Shown in pieces: positions 1 through 6,438 of a stretch of 11,462 bases of DNA; positions within the stretch are counted from its first letter, which is position 1, and each line of letters starts with the position of its first letter. This stretch comes from an uncultured archaeon. Its GTDB lineage: Archaea; Asgardarchaeota; Heimdallarchaeia; Heimdallarchaeales; Heimdallarchaeaceae. The DNA lies in assembly GCA_964534625.1 (NCBI GenBank), contig CAZHRF010000067.1, positions 1-11,462 of the forward strand. Reading direction: 5' to 3'. The translations under genes were made by a program, and so were the position numbers. The notes below the pieces were generated by a model. It saw only the letters and a program-made list of their open reading frames with translations. It was not told the DNA's origin and made no database searches.

Positions 1-46
1 ATTACCGAGTGGGAGGCGATGTCATAGGGGACTTTTACAATCAGTG

Positions 47-55
47 TTTTTTTTT
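47..55 (+). terminator. Oligo-T (T9) tract, probable terminator of an upstream transcript
   Basis: T9 run shortly after a + strand frame ending ITEWEAMS-TAG (1-27) and just before the next TATA box. Confidence 0.4.
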
Positions 56-63
56 CGGGTAAT

Positions 64-71
64 TTTAAATA
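64..71 (+). promoter_or_regulatory. Archaeal TATA box for the 93..1019 gene (leaderless)
   Basis: TTTAAATA begins 29 nt before the ATG at 93, with no SD between them. Confidence 0.6.
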
Positions 72-92
72 TAAAAAGCAAGTAGTACTAAT

Positions 93-1019
93 ATGAATGT
101 AATCTCATTTATACTCGGTATATTTTTTCTTATCACAGCTGTTATAGCTTTGACTATTCGTCTTTCTGCACGTAGAATAAATATAGGAGACAAGATATTT
201 TCTTATAATTTTACACTATTAAGTAAGGCAAAAGAGAAGATAAAAGGAAACAGAAAGAAAAAGAAACAAACATTGCCCTCAACTATATCTCCGGAAATGT
301 CACGTGAACGTTCTAAACAGAGAAGTGATAAAATCGAAGATCTTTTGGATGAAGCAGACTCTCTAAAAGAAGAAGAGATCAGTATAGATTTAACAGATGA
401 AAAAGAAAAAATAACAGATGAAAAATTAAAATCTGTATTTACTCGTGACGTTAACATCAGAATCCCCAAAAATATGGTTGTAGACGATTTTTACAAATTA
501 ACAGTTATTCTTTCAGAAACTGATTTGTATTCTCCTGATGTAAAAGTTGAACACATTAAGGTTTCAAAAGAAGAAGCAAAAAATTTCGCTTTAATTAACT
601 CTAGGCTGGGAATTAATCTTATGGAAGCCACAACTAAAGTAGAAGGATTGAAGGCTGGACCACTCATTATACGCCCTATTGCTGTTGGGAATTTCGCTAG
701 AATTAGCCCATTAGAAAGGATAATTAATTTTGACCCTAATCTTAAAGAGATATATATTTCGTTTTACATAACTCCAACCATATGGAAAAATAAGAGTACC
801 AACATCATATGCATAGAAATTGAGCAAGACTATACTATACTGAAGGAAATAAATATGCCCGTTAATGTGTTCAAAAATACATATGAAGCCATATTTGGAC
901 TAAATATCTCTAGCGTACACATGACAGTTATGTTGGTCTACTCTCTCATTGGTAGTCTAATCGGTCTTTATGGAACGCTTTCAAATTTCTTGACATTTCT
1001 TCCGAATCTACCCTTTTAA
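93..1019 (+). CDS. Hypothetical membrane protein: N-terminal TM, charged linker, beta-rich domain, C-terminal TM
   Basis: 308-aa ORF. Hydrophobic N-terminus (VISFILGIFFLITAVIAL), then basic and acidic segments, alternating beta-strand patterns (FYKLTVIL, YISFYITP, ICIEIEQ) and a hydrophobic C-terminus (VMLVYSLIGSLIGLYG). Confidence 0.85.
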   Translation: MNVISFILGIFFLITAVIALTIRLSARRINIGDKIFSYNFTLLSKAKEKIKGNRKKKKQTLPSTISPEMSRERSKQRSDKIEDLLDEADSLKEEEISIDLTDEKEKITDEKLKSVFTRDVNIRIPKNMVVDDFYKLTVILSETDLYSPDVKVEHIKVSKEEAKNFALINSRLGINLMEATTKVEGLKAGPLIIRPIAVGNFARISPLERIINFDPNLKEIYISFYITPTIWKNKSTNIICIEIEQDYTILKEINMPVNVFKNTYEAIFGLNISSVHMTVMLVYSLIGSLIGLYGTLSNFLTFLPNLPF

Positions 1020-1063
1020 ATAAATAATATTATTTTCTATTCCCTTTTTTCCGTATTGTTTGT

Positions 1064-1078
1064 AAAGATTTTTATATT
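1064..1078 (+). promoter_or_regulatory. BRE/TATA for the patatin gene (leaderless)
   Basis: AAAG followed by TTTATATT (1071-1078), 31 nt before the ATG at 1102. Confidence 0.6.
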
Positions 1079-1101
1079 TTAATTGTGCTGTTTATTTTGT
1101 T

Positions 1102-2403
1102 ATGAAAGTTGATACAGATGATGTTAGATATCTGATTTTTGAAGGAGGCGGCGGTAAAGGAATTGCATATCTCGGGGTGGCTGAGGCTCTTGAAAAATTA
1201 GGCATTTTAACATATGATAATGGTAAATTAGATACCAACAAAATATATGGTCTAGCTGGTACCTCTGTGGGATCAATTACAGCTACTTTGCTAGCTTGTG
1301 GTTATAATTCGAGACAGTTAGATTATATAATTAATGACGATTTGGGGAGTAAAATATTAGACACTGTAAAATACGAGATAAAACCCACGATCTATACCCC
1401 TGAATTTGGCGATCATGTTTTCTATTCTAAGAAGGCACGAGCTGAAATAGAAGAAGAGTATGAAGAAGCAAAAAACGACGAATCAATATTTAAAGAAATG
1501 TTAAAAAAGCCAACAGAGCTTGTAAAGAATTTTAACTACAGATTCTTCTCTCAACTTTTTAAATGGTATATAGATTACGAAGAAAAAAAAGAAAAGAAAG
1601 AAAAAGAGAAAGTGAAAGGAGACGAAAAAGAAAAAAAAGAAGAGAAAGACAAGGATGCTAATTTAGAATTTCTTCCAACTATCAAAGATGTTTTTCATAA
1701 TAAAACAATGAAAACAGCCACAGATATTATTTTATCTTCATCATTAGATGCGTCCAATAGTCTAAAATATGATTTCGGTTTGTTTTTAGGGGCTGAATTC
1801 AGGAAAACAATTGATGCTTTAATTCAAAAGAAAACGGGTAGATATAATTGTACATTTAGAGAATTTAAAGAGATATTGGATGTAGATTTAGTGTTAACGG
1901 GATTTGATCTAACCACTAATCAATTGTTGTATTTTAGGGATAATGAACGTTTTAAAGATCTCTGCGTTGCTGATGCAGTTAGAATGTCTATTAGTATACC
2001 TTTGGTGTTTAAACCGGTTTTGGCAAATTCAGAAAATGGAAATTTTAAACATTATATGCAACAAACTGAATTTCCATCTACAATTGTTGATGGTGGTGTG
2101 GGAAATAACTTTCCTCTAAGAGTATTTAATGATAAAAAAGACAAATTAAATCCCAATGTATTAGGGTTTACACTAGAACCAAATTATTTTTCAGATTCCA
2201 AAAGTACGCTTTTAGGATTTTTAGAAAGTGTTTTTCTCTCTTTAATAAAACGTACAACCCATTTACAGATATATACTGATGGAGAAAGGGATCAAGTAAT
2301 TGAATTAGATACTCATGAAGTGAGAATTTTAGATTTCGCCTTCGATAAGTTACCTCCTGCTGTGAATAAAGCAAAGAAAAAAACTTTAGAGTATTTTGAA
2401 TAA
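1102..2403 (+). CDS. Patatin-like phospholipase (ExoU/VipD-like subfamily pattern)
   Basis: Oxyanion loop FEGGGGKG (GGGGKG at 1144-1161), nucleophile elbow GTSVG (1258-1272), ADAVRMSISIPLVFKP block and catalytic DGG (2089-2097) followed by NNFP. Confidence 0.95.
   Translation: MKVDTDDVRYLIFEGGGGKGIAYLGVAEALEKLGILTYDNGKLDTNKIYGLAGTSVGSITATLLACGYNSRQLDYIINDDLGSKILDTVKYEIKPTIYTPEFGDHVFYSKKARAEIEEEYEEAKNDESIFKEMLKKPTELVKNFNYRFFSQLFKWYIDYEEKKEKKEKEKVKGDEKEKKEEKDKDANLEFLPTIKDVFHNKTMKTATDIILSSSLDASNSLKYDFGLFLGAEFRKTIDALIQKKTGRYNCTFREFKEILDVDLVLTGFDLTTNQLLYFRDNERFKDLCVADAVRMSISIPLVFKPVLANSENGNFKHYMQQTEFPSTIVDGGVGNNFPLRVFNDKKDKLNPNVLGFTLEPNYFSDSKSTLLGFLESVFLSLIKRTTHLQIYTDGERDQVIELDTHEVRILDFAFDKLPPAVNKAKKKTLEYFE
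1579..1655 (+). repeat. Low-complexity purine tract encoding a Lys/Glu-rich segment inside patatin
   Basis: Nearly pure A/G sequence encoding EEKKEKKEKEKVKGDEKEKKEEKDKD. Confidence 0.8.
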
Positions 2404-2532
2404 TTGATTGGTTGATGTATAAAGGTGTTATATAACAAGAAGAAAGAAAAACAGATTGAACGAAATTTGATATAATTATAATATCTTTCTCAATCATCTT
2501 AATACTACAATATTTATAATAAGAAAATTTTA

Positions 2533-2570
2533 AATTGAGTTTAAATTAACAGGAGTAATTGAGTTTAAAT
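2533..2570 (+). repeat. Perfect 14-bp direct repeat AATTGAGTTTAAAT x2 flanking an AGGAG SD
   Basis: Copies at 2533-2546 and 2557-2570, AGGAG at 2551-2555. The second copy overlaps the ATG at 2569. Confidence 0.8.
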
Positions 2571-3513
2571 GAAAAACAAGGATTATAAGTATGTTTTTGG
2601 TCCAATAGCATCGAGAAGGTTAGGCAGATCGTTAGGTATAAGCCCTATACCTTCAAAGACCTGTAATTATGCTTGTGTATATTGTCAATTAGGAAAAACA
2701 ACTAACTTTACGAATGAAAGAAAAGCATTCTTTCCAGTAAAGGAAATAATTAAAGAAGTAAAAGATGCCTTAAAACAGGAAAAACAAGTCGATTATGTCA
2801 CAATAGTAGGAGAGGGTGAACCCACTCTCTACAAAGAGTTGGGTAAGTTGATTAAAGAAATAAAAAAAGTGACAGGATTACCCTTGGCCGTTATTACCAA
2901 CGGAGCTTTATTTTATGATGAAGAAGTGAGAGGAGATTTGATGAAAGCAGATGTGGTTTTACCAACATTAGATGCATCAACAGAAAAGATTTGGAAACGA
3001 GTAAATAGACCACATAAAGACTTAGACTTTGAGAGAGTAACAGAAGGACTAAAAACATTCAGTCAAGAGTATAACAATCAATTATGGTTAGAAGTTATGC
3101 TGGTAAAAGATTTAAATGATTCAGAAGAAGTAATAAAAGGTATAAGAAAAATAATAGATGAAATAAGAACCGATAAGATTTTCATAAATGTTCCAATACG
3201 ACCACCTGCAGTAAAAAATGTGGAAATACCTGAAACAGAAAAATTACAACAAGCCCAAGATATACTAGATGCAGATAGTATAGCACATTATGAAGAATTG
3301 TTAATAGAAAGTGTGGATAAAGATGCAAAACCTGAAGAGCAAATATTAAGCATAGTGAAAAGACATCCTCTAAGAAACGAACAAATCTATGCACTCTTTC
3401 CCGAAATGAAGGAAGAAGAACTAGTAGCTATGTTGGAAAAGATGCAAAAAGAGAAAAAAATAGAACGACATGATTACCATAAGAAGAGTTTCTGGAAACT
3501 GGCAGAAAAATAA
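2569..3513 (+). CDS. Radical SAM protein, uncharacterised (COG0731/TYW1-related family)
   Basis: CxxxCxxC motif CNYACVYC (2662-2685), family N-terminus YVFGPIASRRLGRSLGIS, GEGEPTLY, ITNG and NRPH motifs, and a C-terminal winged-helix-like tail. Confidence 0.92.
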   Translation: MKNKDYKYVFGPIASRRLGRSLGISPIPSKTCNYACVYCQLGKTTNFTNERKAFFPVKEIIKEVKDALKQEKQVDYVTIVGEGEPTLYKELGKLIKEIKKVTGLPLAVITNGALFYDEEVRGDLMKADVVLPTLDASTEKIWKRVNRPHKDLDFERVTEGLKTFSQEYNNQLWLEVMLVKDLNDSEEVIKGIRKIIDEIRTDKIFINVPIRPPAVKNVEIPETEKLQQAQDILDADSIAHYEELLIESVDKDAKPEEQILSIVKRHPLRNEQIYALFPEMKEEELVAMLEKMQKEKKIERHDYHKKSFWKLAEK

Positions 3514-3519
3514 AACCAT

Positions 3520-3555
3520 AAAAAAAAATAAAAATGAGAGTAAGAGAAAAAAAAA
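3520..3555 (-). terminator. Two T9 tracts on the minus strand terminating the 3562..3813 gene
   Basis: A9 runs at 3520-3528 and 3547-3555 on the + strand, immediately downstream of the minus-strand stop. Confidence 0.55.
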
Positions 3556-3561
3556 GATCCG

Positions 3562-3813
3562 TTAAGAAATTAGATAGACTTTATCTCCATCTCTTACTCG
3601 TTTAGGTACTTTAATACCTACAGAATCACCCGGTTTAGCAGCTTCAACTTCTTCTCTGTCTATTTCCATAGATTTGACTTCCATGGAAAAATCTGTTGTG
3701 GCACCTTCGAAATGTATTTTATCCCCTATCTTGATATTGCTAGTAACATTAATAGCCGCAACTTTGGGTTCAACGAAGTATTTAAAGACTTCACCAACTT
3801 CTTTTTTAGTCAT
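3562..3813 (-). CDS. Small translation elongation factor-like beta-barrel protein (EF-Tu domain II / U32 C-terminal-like)
   Basis: VGEVFKYF..KVAAI, IKIGDKIHFEGATTDF, VKSMEID, EAAKPGDSVGIKV, RVRDGDKVY. Start moved to ATG 3813 because a GGTGA SD lies just upstream, inside the longer 3828 ORF. Confidence 0.88.
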   Translation of the reverse strand: MTKKEVGEVFKYFVEPKVAAINVTSNIKIGDKIHFEGATTDFSMEVKSMEIDREEVEAAKPGDSVGIKVPKRVRDGDKVYLIS

Positions 3814-3866
3814 ATTGTTCACCATCATAATAGTGTTTATGGAGGTTTTAAAGGATTATGGAGTTC

Positions 3867-3922
3867 TATATAAATAGAATAAAATAACCATCTGTTTAGT
3901 TGTGTATTCCATAGATTAAAAT
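3867..3922. promoter_or_regulatory. Divergent promoter region
   Basis: TTTATATA on the minus strand (3874-3867) for the EF-like gene. ATTAAAAT (3915-3922) lies 31 nt before ATG 3946. Confidence 0.5.
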
Positions 3923-3945
3923 AGAAATGAGTAACAAATAAATAT

Positions 3946-5265
3946 ATGAAAAATACCATCTTCTTTGATTTAGATGGGACTTTATATTCCTATAAACAAG
4001 GACACGAAGCAGGTCTACGTGGGGCGTTTGAATATTGGTCTGAAATAACAGATGATAATTTTGACCAGTTTTATGCGAAGTATATGCGAAGCAGAAAGAA
4101 TGTGAAACGATTTCTGAAAGGGACAGTAGGTAGTCATTCTAGAGTACTTTATTTTCAAGGTATGGTAGAAAATGATTTCCAATCTTCACAACCATATCAT
4201 ATAGCAGAGTTAACACAACGTTACTGGGATACGTTTATTGATGATGTTGAACCTTTTGAAGGAGTAGAGAATTCACTGTCAAGTCTACTGGAGAAAAGGT
4301 ATCAGCTGGCGATCATTACCAATATGGATGCAGAGATCCAATTTCGTAAACTTCACAAGTTAAACTTGGATAATTATTTTACCGCAGTAATAACCTCTGA
4401 AGAGGCAGGAGAAGAAAAACCCCATCCCCATATTTATCTTCATTCACTAGATAGGTTGAAAGCAAAGGCTGAAGATTGTATTATGATAGGTGATAATTGG
4501 GAACAAGACGTAGAAGTAGCTGAATTTGTGGGGATGAAAGGTATACATGCCACGATTGAAGAAAAAGGAGAAGTGAAAGAAGATGCTCCGCGTTTAAATC
4601 ATTATAGTGAACTTGGGAAATTGATTGTTGAACTGCTGTCAGAGCCAAAGGAAGGAGTAATTAAGTACAAACTCGACCATAGAGAATCTGATATGAAAAT
4701 AGCTGAAAAGAAAGTAAATCCCCTTATCGAGTTAAGATATAGGTTGTGGAAACTTAATCTTATTGGAGTATATCCTTCAGACCATCCCGATACACCCAAT
4801 GTGGGTTTTGGTAATGTAAGCGTAAGGTATACTGGTAATGGCCAGTTCATTGTTACTGGCTCACAAACGGGAGAAAAAGAAAAAACTGCTATAGAAGATT
4901 ATGCTCTGGTTTTAGATTATGACATTGATACTAATAGACTCATATCAAAAGGAAAGACTAAACCGTCATCAGAATCATTGACACATGCGGCCATCTATGC
5001 TATATCTCCAGAGATAAATTGGGTCATACATGCGCATCATAAAGAGATGTGGAAAAAGTATGAAGAACTGGGGATGACAACAACACCCGAAGATGCCCCA
5101 TATGGTACACCAGAAATGGCTAGGGCTATACAAGAAACCTATCGAAACCAGTCAAAACTAAAAGCACCTGTTTGTTTGTTAGGGCATACAGACGGACTGC
5201 TCGCTTGGGGAGAAACAAAAGAAAAAGCATTACAATTATTCTTGGATTCATTAGAAAAAATATAA
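3946..5265 (+). CDS. Fusion protein: HAD-superfamily hydrolase (subfamily IA) plus class II aldolase/adducin (MtnB-like) domain
   Basis: HAD motifs FFDLDGTL, IITN, KPHP and MIGDNWEQDV. From 4651: EGVIKY, GFGNVSVR, FIVTGSQTG, PSSESLTHAAIY, IHAHH, PYGTPEMA and GHTDG, carrying the metal-binding His set of class II aldolases. Confidence 0.92.
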   Translation: MKNTIFFDLDGTLYSYKQGHEAGLRGAFEYWSEITDDNFDQFYAKYMRSRKNVKRFLKGTVGSHSRVLYFQGMVENDFQSSQPYHIAELTQRYWDTFIDDVEPFEGVENSLSSLLEKRYQLAIITNMDAEIQFRKLHKLNLDNYFTAVITSEEAGEEKPHPHIYLHSLDRLKAKAEDCIMIGDNWEQDVEVAEFVGMKGIHATIEEKGEVKEDAPRLNHYSELGKLIVELLSEPKEGVIKYKLDHRESDMKIAEKKVNPLIELRYRLWKLNLIGVYPSDHPDTPNVGFGNVSVRYTGNGQFIVTGSQTGEKEKTAIEDYALVLDYDIDTNRLISKGKTKPSSESLTHAAIYAISPEINWVIHAHHKEMWKKYEELGMTTTPEDAPYGTPEMARAIQETYRNQSKLKAPVCLLGHTDGLLAWGETKEKALQLFLDSLEKI

Positions 5266-5266
5266 T

Positions 5267-5287
5267 TCACTATCTTATCACTATCTT
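5267..5287 (+). repeat. Tandem 10-bp duplication TCACTATCTT-a-TCACTATCTT
   Basis: Copies at 5267-5276 and 5278-5287, immediately after the stop codon at 5265. Confidence 0.7.
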
Positions 5288-5540
5288 GTTGCTGGAGCGG
5301 ATATTGAAAATCATGGAAAAGCGAGCGGAAAAGAAGAAAGACTGGATGTGAAACGGATTGCCAATATGAGCTCTCTCTCCACAGGTTATTGGATAAGAAA
5401 TGTCTGTTATCAGTTTAAAAAAACGAGGTTTTGAATTACAGCGTTTTTTATTGGAAAAACAATTATTCCAAATTAAGCAACTAATATCCTCTTCGACATG
5501 GTACATGTGACTTTCTCCCCGTTTAAAAATCCCCATATTT

Positions 5541-5680
5541 TCTTGAGGAGAAATAATAACAGCTAAAAGTTTATTATCCTGTTGTATTGATTTTTTTCAA
5601 GTGCATTCTGGGATAAGCTTGCTCTCCCGTTTTTCCTCATTTTTTCGTAATACTTTTAAATCAAAAATCTTGAGGAGAAA
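5541..5680 (+). repeat. 13-bp direct repeat TCTTGAGGAGAAA
   Basis: Exact copies at 5541-5553 and 5668-5680. Confidence 0.7.
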
Positions 5681-5683
5681 GTC

Positions 5684-5722
5684 ATGTACATATCTCTGTT
5701 TCTTAGTATATACATTTATAAT
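5684..5722 (+). promoter_or_regulatory. TA operon promoter with candidate RHH operator palindromes
   Basis: Palindromes ATGTACAT (5684-5691) and GTATATAC (5706-5713) lie directly upstream of TATA TTTATAAT (5715-5722). Confidence 0.55.
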
Positions 5723-5744
5723 GCGTATGGTCGTGTTGTTTATT

Positions 5745-5975
5745 ATTTCAAAAATTAGTGTCAGAATAGATCCAGAATTAAAGAAACAAATGGAAAAACA
5801 CGCCCATTTAAAGTGGAGTGAAATAATTAGACAAGCCATTAGAAGAAGGTTAGACCAAGAAATGGAGAAAAATCTTGCAAAAGCTGTGTTGCTTAATGAA
5901 AAAGTCCGTAAAAAAGGATCTGAAGCGATAAATACTGTAGAGATTATTAGAAAGTTTAGGGAGGAACGGAAATAA
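5745..5975 (+). CDS. vapB: Ribbon-helix-helix (CopG-like) VapB antitoxin; start codon uncertain
   Basis: SKISVRIDPELKKQM...WSEIIRQAI RHH pattern and a C-terminal TVEIIRKFRE motif. The stop overlaps the toxin start (TAATG, 5973-5977). The 5601 start in the ORF track runs through the promoter. Alternative starts are ATG 5721/5727, GTG 5733, TTG 5736 and ATT 5745. Confidence 0.85.
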   Translation: MSKISVRIDPELKKQMEKHAHLKWSEIIRQAIRRRLDQEMEKNLAKAVLLNEKVRKKGSEAINTVEIIRKFREERK

Positions 5976-6411
5976 TGACTATGTATGTGATTGATGCTAG
6001 TGTAGTAACTAAGTGGTTTATAAATGAAGAAGAAGCGGAAATAGCAAATGAAGTATGCGAAGATTTATAGTTGGTAATATTTCGTTAATAGCTCCCTCTC
6101 TATTACACTATGAAGTATTAAATAACCTGAAATATACCTTTACATTTGATGAAATGGAATTAAACATGATAGGGAAAAGCCTTGAAAATTATGGCATTAT
6201 AGTATCAAATATAGTAGATAAAACAAGAAATAAAATGATTGAAATTGCACTAAATCATGATTTGACAATGTATGATGCTACTTATGTTGCACTAGCGATA
6301 GAAGAAAATATAACGTTAATTACTGCTGACAGAAAAATAAAGAGAAAATTGCCTAAAAACTACAAAAAACTCGTTTTTGACATTGATGAGTATAAGAAGA
6401 TACAGAAGTAA
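5975..6411 (+). pseudogene. vapC: PIN-domain VapC toxin split by a -1 frameshift
   Basis: 5975-6070 encodes MTMYVIDASVVTKWFINEEEAEIANEVCEDL-stop, which has the PIN first catalytic Asp. The remainder (IAPSLLHYEVLN, LTMYDATYVALA, LITADRK) is in the -1 frame, open only from 6052. Confidence 0.85.
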
Positions 6412-6438
6412 TTCGTATTGTTTTTAGGATGCAATGAG

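Noticed and set aside
203-469. Minus-strand 88-aa ORF
   Set aside because: Antisense shadow of the 93..1019 gene, Ser/Phe-rich with no motif.
1102-2403. Patatin as part of a CBASS operon
   Set aside because: No CD-NTase or other Cap genes in the window.
2168-2497. Minus-strand 109-aa ORF
   Set aside because: Mostly antisense to the patatin C-terminus, with no recognisable features.
3182-3394. Minus-strand 70-aa ORF
   Set aside because: Antisense to the radical SAM gene; its hydrophobicity just mirrors the A-rich sense strand.
3674-3877. Plus-strand 67-aa ORF
   Set aside because: Antisense to the well-supported EF-like gene and its promoter.
4602-4850. Minus-strand 82-aa ORF
   Set aside because: Antisense shadow within the HAD-aldolase fusion.
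5601-5720. N-terminal extension of the 124-aa ORF
   Set aside because: Runs through the promoter and operator region; RHH similarity starts only at about 5745.
6055-6057. ATG 6055 as the vapC start
   Set aside because: It would omit the first PIN strand and catalytic Asp (VIDAS), which are encoded from 5975 in another frame.
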